DNA from: Chryseobacterium sp.
GTDB lineage: Bacteria > Bacteroidota > Bacteroidia > Flavobacteriales > Weeksellaceae
Assembly: GCF_022869225.1 (NCBI RefSeq)
Contig: NZ_JALIHL010000001.1
Span: 2,285,721-2,349,720 of the forward strand
Direction: 5' to 3'
Length of the DNA stretch: 64,000 bases
The translations under genes were made by a program, and so were the position numbers. Numbering within the stretch: position 1 is the stretch's first letter; each line of letters starts with the position of its first letter. Positions 19,130 through 28,498 of the stretch are shown one piece after another. The notes under the pieces are model-generated. The model ran no database searches. It was not told the origin of the DNA and worked only from the letters and a program-made list of their open reading frames with translations.

Positions 19130-19975
19130 TTAACTAAATATTTTTTGAGAAAATTCTGCGGTGATGCTTTCCGTCTGGTTGATCTGAGCAGCTCCCATAG
19201 CCGCTAATGCAATAGCGGTCTGCTTGTCAAGTGTTTTTCTGATGATATTGCCGTTGGTAGCGCGCAATATTTTACAGAAGTGATAAGTGAAATACCCTCG
19301 TATCTGCCCGCTGATACTTCCTTCCATAGATACCTGATTGTCTTTGGCTGCAGCCCATAAAGTATGATTCATTCCGGCAACAGGAATAAGAGCCTTAGTG
19401 AGGGCCGTTGTTTTTTTAGCATTTTTAGAAGATTCTATTTCACTGGCATAGGTCAGATAAAATTCATCCTCGAGCATTGGGGGAATAAAACGGGCGGTTT
19501 CATTAAGGAGGTCCGCTTCCAGTCCCAGGTCCATTTTTCTGGTTCCTGTTCCGGAATAACAGCAGTCGAAGATGACTTCCATATTGACTCCGGCTTTTAG
19601 CTTACTAAGAACCGCTTTAAAATCATCATCCCGAATGACACCGGCACTTGCGTAATCATGCGGACAAATGGCTTCGTCCAGACCGTCCAGTTCAAGATCT
19701 GACCCGATATTGGCCACTCTGGTTCCGTGTCCTGAATAATAAAAAACAAGAGAATCTCCATTTACACTTGTGCTGATCAGAGATTTCAGATAGTTCAGTA
19801 TATTGGCTCTTGTGGCATTTTGATTGGTCAGGATTTTAATCTTTGCCGGACTAAAACCACAGATCACCAATGTATTTGCCATATCTCTTGCGTCATTTAC
19901 ACAACCATTGAGGTCTGGTCCTCCGTATCCGATGGGTGCATAATCATTGATTCCTACGATAAGTGCTTTTTTCAT
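19130..19975 (-). CDS. Caspase-family (C14, metacaspase-like) protease
   Basis: Probable start MKKALIVGINDY at 19975; LNGCVNDA, catalytic His YYSGHG, DEAICPHD, IRDDDF, catalytic Cys FDCCYSG. Confidence 0.92.
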   Translation of the reverse strand: MKKALIVGINDYAPIGYGGPDLNGCVNDARDMANTLVICGFSPAKIKILTNQNATRANILNYLKSLISTSVNGDSLVFYYSGHGTRVANIGSDLELDGLDEAICPHDYASAGVIRDDDFKAVLSKLKAGVNMEVIFDCCYSGTGTRKMDLGLEADLLNETARFIPPMLEDEFYLTYASEIESSKNAKKTTALTKALIPVAGMNHTLWAAAKDNQVSMEGSISGQIRGYFTYHFCKILRATNGNIIRKTLDKQTAIALAAMGAAQINQTESITAEFSQKIFS

Positions 19976-20150
19976 TGTATTAGTTTTTAAAATAATCCCT
20001 ACTCTGTTTCGGCTTTTCGGGTTCGGCCTTCCTGTATTTTTTCTATGACAAAATTCCGTCATTCTAAAGGACGAAAACAGAGGAGAAAACCGTATTTTGA
20101 AAAAGGAAAAACACTTTTTTAATTGTATATGAGAATGTTATGAAATAAAA

Positions 20151-20177
20151 ATCCGGCAGCTTGAAAAGCTGCCGGAT
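20151..20177 (-). terminator. Terminator after the response regulator
   Basis: Perfect 12-bp stem atccggcagctt-gaa-aagctgccggat with an A-run on the left (U-tract on the minus strand). Confidence 0.8.
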
Positions 20178-20245
20178 GGGTAAGTATAATGTAAAGATAT
20201 TTGTTTTTTTAGATAAGGAATAAGATTAACAATTGGGATAATAAA

Positions 20246-20890
20246 TCAACATAGATCGTGTTTTAAGGCAAAGAGTACCAGACCTGCCCTGTTTTTTATA
20301 TCCAGTTTTACAAAAACAGAGTCTCTATAGCCGTCTATTGTTTTGGGGCTAAGGCACATCCTATCGGCAATTTCCTTATAAGTAAGTTCACTGCATGCCC
20401 ACTTTATAAACTCTTTCTCTCTGTCTTTCAGCTCTGAAAGAAGGGATGCATTTTTTATTTCTTCCGTTTTTACTTTTAATAATTTCTGAGCCACAAAATC
20501 AGTATAAAAACTCCCTTTTTCAAATACGGTGTCTATGGCCTGAAAGAGGATAGAAGGCTGCATGTCTTTCAGCAAATATCCTTTAGCTCCCGCTTTTAGC
20601 ATTCTGATGAGAACTTTTTCATCATCATCCATTGTCAGTGCAATGACTTTGATGTCGGGATAATGCTCGGTAAGCCACTCTGTAGTTTCTATACCATTTT
20701 TATAAGGCATATTAACATCCATCAGTACTACGGCCGGTAATTCGGAAGCTTTTTCTATACCGGCAATGAAATCTTCTCCATTAGGATGATTCATAATTAC
20801 CCTATATTGAGTGTTTTCTGCAATCATATTCTCCAATGCTTTGGAGATTAACGTATGATCATCGACAATGGCTATGGGAATGGTTTTCAT
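20246..20890 (-). CDS. NarL/LuxR-family response regulator
   Basis: IVDDH, LMDVNMP, GYLLK, C-terminal HTH LTYKEIADRMCLSPKTIDGYR. Confidence 0.95.
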   Translation of the reverse strand: MKTIPIAIVDDHTLISKALENMIAENTQYRVIMNHPNGEDFIAGIEKASELPAVVLMDVNMPYKNGIETTEWLTEHYPDIKVIALTMDDDEKVLIRMLKAGAKGYLLKDMQPSILFQAIDTVFEKGSFYTDFVAQKLLKVKTEEIKNASLLSELKDREKEFIKWACSELTYKEIADRMCLSPKTIDGYRDSVFVKLDIKNRAGLVLFALKHDLC

Positions 20891-21669
20891 AATAAATTTT
20901 TGTGATAGGTTATCAAAGTTTGTGTTCCTTTATTCAATTCTGACTGTATAGACAGCTCTGCATGAATCAGTTTGGCTCTCAGTTCCATATTTTTCAATCC
21001 TGAACCGTCCTGAATACTGCTGGTATCAAAGCCTTTTCCGTTGTCAGAAATACTGATGTGCAGCATTTCACAGTTATCTTCCATTTGTATGGATACATTT
21101 TTGGCTTTGGAATGTTTCAGGATGTTGTTGATGCTTTCCTGGACGATTCTGAAAAGGATCAGACCGTGTTTAGGGGAAATATCAATATCCTGCTTCTGGG
21201 TGATGAATTCTATTTTTAATAATTTCAATTTTTTTATCCTATGAACTTCTCTTTCTATGGAGTCCGCCAGTCCGAAATGAATGATCTGTTCAGTGATCAG
21301 CGTTTTGGACAGGTTTCTTATGTCCTGTATGCATTCGCCCAATAATTCATTCAGCTCATTCAATTCTTCTTTTTCTGCATTTTTTAACTTGGTGATAAGC
21401 TGGTTTTGCCGTAACCGGACAACAGAAAGCTTTTGTCCCAGATCGTCATGTAATTCCTGCCCGATATAATTGAGTGTCTGCTCCTTCATTTCTACTTGCG
21501 ATGTGGCCAGTTCCTTTTCAAACCGCAAATCTTTTTCTTTTTGCGCGATCAGCAGCGTTGTTTTTTTCTTGATGAAAACCACATAAATGAAGATCATTGT
21601 CAAAACAACGATGAATAAAGTAACTGTAAAGATGATGACCAAATTATTCTCTTCCATATCTAGAAGCAT
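20887..21669 (-). CDS. HisKA_3-type histidine kinase with a single TM and no sensor domain
   Basis: One N-terminal TM, coiled coil, ELHDDLGQ, QESINNILKH, DNGKGF, GSGLKNM; likely start 21657. Confidence 0.93.
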   Translation of the reverse strand: MLLDMEENNLVIIFTVTLFIVVLTMIFIYVVFIKKKTTLLIAQKEKDLRFEKELATSQVEMKEQTLNYIGQELHDDLGQKLSVVRLRQNQLITKLKNAEKEELNELNELLGECIQDIRNLSKTLITEQIIHFGLADSIEREVHRIKKLKLLKIEFITQKQDIDISPKHGLILFRIVQESINNILKHSKAKNVSIQMEDNCEMLHISISDNGKGFDTSSIQDGSGLKNMELRAKLIHAELSIQSELNKGTQTLITYHKNLL

Positions 21670-22314
21670 TTATATGATTCTGTCCTGTTTGTTCCAAATT
21701 AAACCTAGTATGAGTATACTGTTGCTGGTCAGATTCAACATAAATAAAATCAGGAAATAAATACTCTCCGAAACAGTAGCTCTGAAAAAGAGAATGGGAA
21801 TACTTCCAATAAATAAGATCAGTAAAGCCACTGAAATCCAGAACGGCAGATAATTGTTAATTTCCAATATCTTATCCGAATTAAAGGTTTGATACAGGAA
21901 CAAAATAATTGAAAATAACAACAGGAGGATATCTACATAAAGCATGTTAAAAGAAAAATGATGGAGCAGGTGATCTTCTGTGTAAAACATTACAGCAATA
22001 TTGAGGACAAAAAGAACCAGGATGCCGGCCTGGATCTTTTTGAGCAGAGGAACATACAATAATTGGTAATAATAAAGTAAATACAAAAAAAATACAATCA
22101 TTAAAAAGCCAATTACATAAAATAGGTCCGTAGGCTGGCTCGTCAGCTTGTAATAGAAATAACAAAAAATATCAATCAGGGAGAACAGCAGATATCCTAT
22201 GATAAAAAATAAATTCTCCTTTCCGGTTTTTCTATATTTTATAATCATTAAAATCATCACGACAATGGACAGGATCATAGATATCTGTTTCCCTATTTCA
22301 ATATTCCAGTTCAT
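21670..22314 (-). CDS. Seven-TM membrane protein, putative accessory sensor
   Basis: Seven hydrophobic segments incl. FWISVALLILFIGSIP; abuts the kinase ORF. Confidence 0.75.
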   Translation of the reverse strand: MNWNIEIGKQISMILSIVVMILMIIKYRKTGKENLFFIIGYLLFSLIDIFCYFYYKLTSQPTDLFYVIGFLMIVFFLYLLYYYQLLYVPLLKKIQAGILVLFVLNIAVMFYTEDHLLHHFSFNMLYVDILLLLFSIILFLYQTFNSDKILEINNYLPFWISVALLILFIGSIPILFFRATVSESIYFLILFMLNLTSNSILILGLIWNKQDRII

Positions 22315-22325
22315 AGTGCTGTTTT

Positions 22326-22868
22326 TTATGGCATCGATACTGACGACGCTTTTGGCGGAGGTGCCAGATTGGTCATGTTCATAGATTCTATAGAAGATAC
22401 ATCTGTATTTTCCTCTGAAGTGTCCGTTCTGGACATTGCATTGTCTTTTTTTCTTTTTTGTGAAGTGGGAACTAAAAATATCGTTTGATAGCCTGCATAT
22501 TCAGGTTTTGCCATTCTGTTTTTAGGATGGTTCATTGGATATTTTCCCATGTAGATCCGGATTCCTACCTTTTTTAATTTCTGTTTTTTGGCATTTTCTT
22601 TTACATATTTGATATATCCTTCCATCTCTTCCAGAGAAAACCAATACCATCGTGAATCCGGTTCACCGTTCCGGTATTTAGTGAGAATCACGTTATTGGT
22701 TCTGGAATATTCATCAAAAAGGACCCGCCCTTCGCGGTAGCTGATCAGTTTCTTTTTATAACTGTCATTCACGGGTTCGGAGCAGCGAGTACAGCTTAGC
22801 AAACAAAAAGCCAGAATAAGAGCTGCACAAAGCAGACTTAAGGTTTGAGTTAAAAAGGAAGTTTTCAT
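22326..22868 (-). CDS. Hypothetical lipoprotein heading the signalling operon
   Basis: Lipobox LLSC; motifs WFSLEEMEGYI, GIRIYMGKY, TIFLVPT, C-terminal NMTNLAPPP. Confidence 0.75.
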   Translation of the reverse strand: MKTSFLTQTLSLLCAALILAFCLLSCTRCSEPVNDSYKKKLISYREGRVLFDEYSRTNNVILTKYRNGEPDSRWYWFSLEEMEGYIKYVKENAKKQKLKKVGIRIYMGKYPMNHPKNRMAKPEYAGYQTIFLVPTSQKRKKDNAMSRTDTSEENTDVSSIESMNMTNLAPPPKASSVSMP

Positions 22869-22894
22869 TTTTATGGTTTTTAATTTTTATCTAG

Positions 22895-22902
22895 CAAAAT
22901 TA
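22895..22902 (-). promoter_or_regulatory. -7 promoter element of the lipoprotein-7TM-HK-RR operon
   Basis: TAATTTTG on the minus strand matches TAnnTTTG. Confidence 0.6.
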
Positions 22903-23120
22903 GCTAATGGGTCAACTATAAAAAAGGGTGAAAACACTGTTTTTTATCCTTTACTAAATGTACGACTTTTTGATATTCAGATGGATATGAATCATCATGT
23001 TTGTTTTCCTTTTCAAAAAATTATTCCAATTGTACCCCTCGAAATAAAAAAATCTGTGTCTCTGTTTATTCATAAGGTCTCCCGACATTGAGTCTGAAAT
23101 AAAATTCAAAAACAAGAAGC

Positions 23121-23995
23121 ATGAAAATCACAATAGTGGGCTATAAAAAAGAGGAAAGACTCTCGCAGGGAGTGGCCAATGATGAAGATACGGAACTGAT
23201 CAGTTTTTTAATAAACAAAGGCTTAGACATCGTTCCAACAATCTGGAATGATAAAAATGTTGATTGGAGCAGTTTCGATGTCGCTGTTATCAAATCTCCC
23301 TGGGATTATTACAACCATTTAAATGAATTTCTGAACTGGCTGGGCAGCCTTGAAAAACAGGGGGTCAAAGTTCTGAATCCTGTTGAGGTGATCAAATGGA
23401 ACAGTGATAAACATTATCTGAAAGATATTGCAGATAAGGTCTTCCGGTAATTCCCGCTGAATACCTTGAAAAAGGTTCCGGATTTGACAATCATTTCTTT
23501 GATTATTTCAATACCGGGAAACTGGTAGTAAAGCCTTGTGTAAGTGCAGGAGCACAAAATACAGTCGCTGTTGGCAGAGATGATTTCAACGAACGTTCTG
23601 TAGAAATTGAAAACCTCCTGAAAGTGCAGGATTATATGGTGCAGCCTTTTGTAGAAGAAATCAAAAATGGAGAATGGTCATTTATCTTTTTTAATGGAAA
23701 ATACAGCCATTGTTCGTTAAAAACACCTAAACAGGGAGACTTCCGGGTGCAGCATTACCATGGCGGAAGCATCAGCTATCCAACGCCAGATTCCAAACAT
23801 ATAGAACAGGCCGGAACCTATCTGAAAAGTTTACCCCAGCCAACGCTGTATGCAAGAGTGGATGGTGTGCTCATTAATAATTTATTTAGTTTAATGGAGC
23901 TGGAACTGATAGAGCCTTATTTGTTCCTGGATGGAAACCGTGATTTCCTTGGAAATTACTATCAGGCTTTGATGGGTTTAATGGTTGATTTGTAG
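23121..23995 (+). pseudogene. ATP-grasp (RimK/glutathione-synthetase-like) protein, frameshifted
   Basis: KSPWDY and WNSDKHYL in ORF 23121; VKP..SAGA, YMVQPF, YARVDG, MELELIEP downstream. One added base at gataaggtctt (23436-23439) restores DKGLPVIPAEYL. Confidence 0.82.
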
Positions 23996-24036
23996 ACTGT
24001 TATATGGCTGTTTCGTGTCCTGGATATTTTGATGAC

Positions 24037-24378
24037 TCAGATTTTAGCCCTCTCTTTTTCAATCTGATGCTCTCCCCACTGTCTTAAATGATCAATAAAA
24101 GGAATCAGCTCAGCACCGATATCCGTTAAAGAATATTCTACCTTGGGAGGAACTTCATGATAGATTTTTCTATGGACAAGCCCGTCGTCTTCCAGTTCGC
24201 GTACTGTCTGTGTAAGCATTTTGGGAGTGATATCTGACAGGGTTTTTCGCAATTCTCCATAACGCATCACCGGATTCATATGCAGGTACCATAAAATCCG
24301 GCCTTTATATTTTCCTCCGATCCGCTTAAAAGCATAATCAACCGGGCAGGAAGGTTCGTTCAAGAGCTTTTTTTTCAT
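24037..24378 (-). CDS. HxlR-family winged-helix regulator
   Basis: CPVDYAF..IGGKYKGRILW, RYGEL, ITPKMLTQ, YHEVPPKVEYSLT. Confidence 0.93.
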   Translation of the reverse strand: MKKKLLNEPSCPVDYAFKRIGGKYKGRILWYLHMNPVMRYGELRKTLSDITPKMLTQTVRELEDDGLVHRKIYHEVPPKVEYSLTDIGAELIPFIDHLRQWGEHQIEKERAKI

Positions 24379-24423
24379 TTTAACACTTTTTTAATGTATT
24401 GATAATCAATAATAGTATAAATT

Positions 24424-24483
24424 AAGTATGTAGGATACAAAAAAGTACATACTTGCGACAAAGATACGTTGAGACTACATTTG
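24424..24483 (+). promoter_or_regulatory. Oxidoreductase promoter with overlapping inverted-repeat operator
   Basis: TTG at 24453 and TACATTTG at 24476 (20-nt spacer); IR aagtatgta-N13-tacatactt at 24424-24454. Confidence 0.65.
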
Positions 24484-24507
24484 CTTTATAATTTTAAATA
24501 AAAAAAA

Positions 24508-25455
24508 ATGAAAGCTGTTATTATAAACGAAGCAGGAAGTATAGAAAAACTTCAATTCACAGAAATGGAGAAGCCAACAATTTCTAAAGATGAGGTTTTG
24601 GTAAAAGTAGTGTCCATAAGTATTAACCCTGTTGATGTGAAAGCAAGAGCTTATGAAGGAGTCTTAAGCTGGATCTTTGGGGATAAGAGACCTGTTATTT
24701 TGGGATGGGATATCTCAGGGGAAGTAGTGGAAGCCGGAAAAGATGTAACCCGGTTCAAAGCCGGTGATGAAGTATTCGGAATGGTGAACTTTTTTGGAAA
24801 TGGACAGGCCTATGCAGAGTATGTAGCTGCTCCGGCCGCTCATCTTGCATTAAAACCGCAAAATATAACCCATCCGCAAGCCGCGGCGGCATCGATGGCT
24901 GCTTCTACAGCTTATCAGGCTCTGGTAGATGTCGCTAAAATAAAAAAAGGGAATAAAGTGCTGATCCATGCGGCTTCAGGAGGAGTCGGGCATTTTGCCG
25001 TTCAGATTGCGAAACATTTCGGAGCCTATGTCATAGGAGTGTCATCCGCTAAAAACAGAGACTTTGTACGGTCATTGGGAGCTGATGAACACATTGATTA
25101 TACAGCAGAAAACTTTAGCGAAAAACTTCAGGATATAGATATTGTAATCGATACGATTCAGGGGCAGACCTTATTGGATTCTGTAGAAGTGGTCCGCCAG
25201 AACGGAATCATTATAACACTTCCGTCTCCGGAAATTCCAGCAGAGGTCACGGAAAAAGCGGAGCAAAGGAAAGTGAATATAGAGTTTATGATGGTTGCCT
25301 CGCAGGCGGTGACCATACATGCGATCGCAGATTTATTGAGCGAGGGGGTTTTACAATCTTCGATCTATAAAATGTTTTCATTCGAGGACATAAAAAAGGC
25401 ACATTCAGAGGTTGAAACCAACCGTGTGGTGGGGAAAGTAGTGGTCAATATTTAA
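24508..25455 (+). CDS. NADP-dependent oxidoreductase (MDR/quinone oxidoreductase)
   Basis: SINPVD, LGWDISG, VLIHAASGGVGHFAVQIAK, GKVVV. Confidence 0.93.
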   Translation: MKAVIINEAGSIEKLQFTEMEKPTISKDEVLVKVVSISINPVDVKARAYEGVLSWIFGDKRPVILGWDISGEVVEAGKDVTRFKAGDEVFGMVNFFGNGQAYAEYVAAPAAHLALKPQNITHPQAAAASMAASTAYQALVDVAKIKKGNKVLIHAASGGVGHFAVQIAKHFGAYVIGVSSAKNRDFVRSLGADEHIDYTAENFSEKLQDIDIVIDTIQGQTLLDSVEVVRQNGIIITLPSPEIPAEVTEKAEQRKVNIEFMMVASQAVTIHAIADLLSEGVLQSSIYKMFSFEDIKKAHSEVETNRVVGKVVVNI

Positions 25456-25458
25456 AAA

Positions 25459-25489
25459 AACAGGTCCGGAAAAATACTCCGGACCTGTT
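25459..25489. terminator. Bidirectional terminator
   Basis: Perfect 12-bp stem aacaggtccgga-N7-tccggacctgtt between convergent genes. Confidence 0.8.
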
Positions 25490-25564
25490 AAACAAGATTA
25501 AGTGTAAAATTTAGCCTTTAAGGTAAAAAGGATAATTCAAATGTGTACAGATTTTTATTGATTC

Positions 25565-26398
25565 TTAATTTATGTTTAGGGGAATTGACAATAAAGGGAT
25601 TTTGTTTTTATAAGCCATTATGGCTGTTTTGCTTCTGTGGAAAAGAGATTCCAGTAGATTGTATTGGTGGGGAACCATCGTGAGAAGATCAATATGGGCC
25701 CGTTTGATTTCTTCTTCAATGGCTTTTATCACTTCAAAGGACTGGATCATTTTAAAGCTGTATTTGATATCATCCGGGTCATATCCGGAATTAAGATCGG
25801 CATCATGGATGACTTCCGTAAAATCTTCCAGGCGTTCATTCACATTGAAGACTTCAACTTCTGCATTGAATTCATGGATAAAAGAGTAGATATCATTCAT
25901 CGCTGACCAGGTCATGTTTCGGTGGGCGTCATATGCAAAAAGAATCTTTCGGACCCCGGTATATTCTATGTGGGCCGGAATGATCAAGATCGGTTTTTTG
26001 ATCCGGTGGATAGCCTTGATTACGGTATTTCCCAAAAGTCTTTGTTCAAGGGTCTTTTCTGCCATACCCATCACAATACAATCCCCGTTGTGGATCTGTA
26101 TGCAGTTTTCCAGTTCTTCGATAAAATTTCCGGAAGCAAGATGATGCGCGGTTTCTACAGCATATAAAGAACTTATTTCAGAAGCTTTATCGGAGATCTT
26201 TTTTTGATTTTTAAGGGTTTGTTCATAAAAGAAATCAGCGGAAGCCTGCGCATGTAAGGCATGAATGGAGACCGTCTGCAAATTGAACAGAACCATTTTA
26301 TAATTATTTTCTTTGGCCAGAGACGCTGCATAATGAGTGGCATTTTCTGCTTCCCGGGAGAAATCTGTGCTGACAATTATTGTTTTCATTGTACCCAA
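25565..26398 (-). CDS. Universal stress protein (tandem USP)
   Basis: IIVSTDFS, IVMG, LLGNT, PILIIP, ILFAYD. Confidence 0.9.
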   Translation of the reverse strand: MGTMKTIIVSTDFSREAENATHYAASLAKENNYKMVLFNLQTVSIHALHAQASADFFYEQTLKNQKKISDKASEISSLYAVETAHHLASGNFIEELENCIQIHNGDCIVMGMAEKTLEQRLLGNTVIKAIHRIKKPILIIPAHIEYTGVRKILFAYDAHRNMTWSAMNDIYSFIHEFNAEVEVFNVNERLEDFTEVIHDADLNSGYDPDDIKYSFKMIQSFEVIKAIEEEIKRAHIDLLTMVPHQYNLLESLFHRSKTAIMAYKNKIPLLSIPLNIN

Positions 26399-26618
26399 AT
26401 TGATCCTGCAAAACTATAGAGGAAAGATCTCGTATACTATTAAAAACAGGGTGACATTGCATAAAACGACTCTGAAATGTATTTTTCAGGTGATGAAACG
26501 TTAGCCTTCATTTTAAGTCTCTTATTGAACACTTCAGGTCCCGTTTTGGCAGTCTCATTGAAAATAGAAAAGATTCTTGTAAAATGTATTTTTATCTTTA
26601 CATGTACAAGTACAGCAT

Positions 26619-27737
26619 ATGAATAGGATTTCTAAGATTAGAAAAAACATCGTACGGAGTAAAAAAATCTTTTCTGCCATGAAAAGAAGGCTGATCATCT
26701 GGCTGATGGCGATCATTACTTTTTGCATTTTTTCCTATCTGATCAATCCGTTTGATCCTGCCTGGGAAGGCTATTTAGACACTCCATTGAAAATGATCAT
26801 TGAAGATCTTTTGTGGGTTTTCTTTTTCTCGGTGATCATTTCAGAAGTCAGCCTATTTATAGACCGGATCCTGAATAAGCTGCTCCCCTGGAAAAACAGA
26901 ACCGTAAAGCGGTTATTGATTCAGGGAGGGCTCCAGATTGTGGGAAGTATACTTATTGTGATCGTGATCAACTTCATTATTGAGAGTACTTCCGACAGCA
27001 TACCCGATATGGATGCCCGAAAAGAATACACTTTACTGGGGCAGTGGGTAGCCACCAATATTGTAATATCCCTTATCATCAGTGCTTTTAATACCGTTGA
27101 TTATCTGCTTGAAAACTGGAAAAAAACAGCGGAGGAGGCAGCCCAGCATAAACTGAGAGCTTCCAAGCATAAACAGGCCGCGATGGCCGCGGAACTTCAG
27201 GCCCTTAAATTGCAGATCGATCCCCATTTCATTTTTAATAACCTGAGCGTGCTGTCAGAGCTTATTCTCGAAGATCAGCAGCTGGGTTATGAATATTCAG
27301 AGAAGTTTGCCAGGGTATACAGGTATCTGCTTGTCAATTCAAAAAAAGATATCATTGTTCTGGAAGAAGAGCTGAGGTTTTTAGACTCCTATATTTTTTT
27401 AATAGAAAAGAGAATAGGCCAAGGGGTCATCTTTAAAATTGAGATTCAGGAAGAATACAGGGCGATGTATACCCTTCCGCTATCCGTTCAGCTGCTGGTT
27501 GAAAATGCGATTAAACATAACCAGACTTCAAAAGCCCACCCTCTGGAAATAGAGATTTATACCACTCCATCCGGAGAGCTGGTGGTGTCTAATACCGTTT
27601 TGCCTTTGATCAATAAGCCGGACTCTTCAGGAGTGGGGCTTACCAATATCAGTGCAAGATATGAGATTCTGGGATATACAAAACCGGTCATAGAAAAAAC
27701 TGAAGATAAATTTATGGTAAAACTTCCCTTGATATGA
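26619..27737 (+). CDS. LytS/YehU-type membrane histidine kinase
   Basis: Four N-terminal TMs, LKLQIDPHFIFNNL, VQLLVENAIKHN, SGVGLTNI. Confidence 0.93.
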   Translation: MNRISKIRKNIVRSKKIFSAMKRRLIIWLMAIITFCIFSYLINPFDPAWEGYLDTPLKMIIEDLLWVFFFSVIISEVSLFIDRILNKLLPWKNRTVKRLLIQGGLQIVGSILIVIVINFIIESTSDSIPDMDARKEYTLLGQWVATNIVISLIISAFNTVDYLLENWKKTAEEAAQHKLRASKHKQAAMAAELQALKLQIDPHFIFNNLSVLSELILEDQQLGYEYSEKFARVYRYLLVNSKKDIIVLEEELRFLDSYIFLIEKRIGQGVIFKIEIQEEYRAMYTLPLSVQLLVENAIKHNQTSKAHPLEIEIYTTPSGELVVSNTVLPLINKPDSSGVGLTNISARYEILGYTKPVIEKTEDKFMVKLPLI

Positions 27738-28498
27738 AGATTAATAAAATTTTAATAATAGAAGATGAAAAGCCCAATGCTGACCGGCTGAAAAGGCTTT
27801 TGCTTAAGCTAAGACCCCATGTGGAAATAGCCGCTGTAGAAGATTCGATTATCTCATCAGTAAACTGGCTTGAAAACAATGCCGCTCCGGATATGATTAT
27901 GATGGATGTACGTTTGGCAGACGGATTGAGTTTTGAGATATTTAACCAGTTTGACATAAGAAGTCCGGTGATTTTTACAACTGCTTATGATGAATATGCA
28001 GTGCAGGCATTTAAATACAACAGCATAGATTATCTCCTGAAACCTATTGAGGAAGAAGAGCTGGACCTTGCTTTGAGACGGTATGAGACCTTTATAGAAA
28101 CAGTCCCTTTTATAGGAACGGCTATTGAGGGGTTAATTAATTATATGCAGCCTAAAGACTACAGAAAACGTTTTCTTATTCCTCACCGGGATGGCTATAA
28201 AACGGTTTTGGCTGAAGATATCCTGTATTTTTATACAGAACTGGGAATCAGTAAGGCCATGCTGAATACCGGGACTGTAGAAAACGTCCCTCAGACCCTT
28301 GAAGAACTTGAAAAACAGCTTGATCCCAAGTTTTTTTTCCGGGCCAACAGACAGTTTATTATTCATGTAGACTCCGTAAAGCAGATTCTTAACCATTTTA
28401 ACGGTAAGCTTAAACTGGAACTGAGAAAGCACCCGGATATGGAAGTGATTGTAAGCCGGGAAAAGGCTTCCGTATTTAAATCCTGGATGGATTATTAG
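27734..28498 (+). CDS. LytTR-family response regulator
   Basis: IIEDE, MMDVRL, TTAYDEY, YLLKP, FFRANRQFI. Confidence 0.95.
   Translation: MKINKILIIEDEKPNADRLKRLLLKLRPHVEIAAVEDSIISSVNWLENNAAPDMIMMDVRLADGLSFEIFNQFDIRSPVIFTTAYDEYAVQAFKYNSIDYLLKPIEEEELDLALRRYETFIETVPFIGTAIEGLINYMQPKDYRKRFLIPHRDGYKTVLAEDILYFYTELGISKAMLNTGTVENVPQTLEELEKQLDPKFFFRANRQFIIHVDSVKQILNHFNGKLKLELRKHPDMEVIVSREKASVFKSWMDY

Noticed and set aside
19976-20062. 29-aa N-terminal extension of the caspase ORF
   Set aside because: The family starts at MKKALIVG and the extension begins at the predicted promoter; no evidence for a prodomain.
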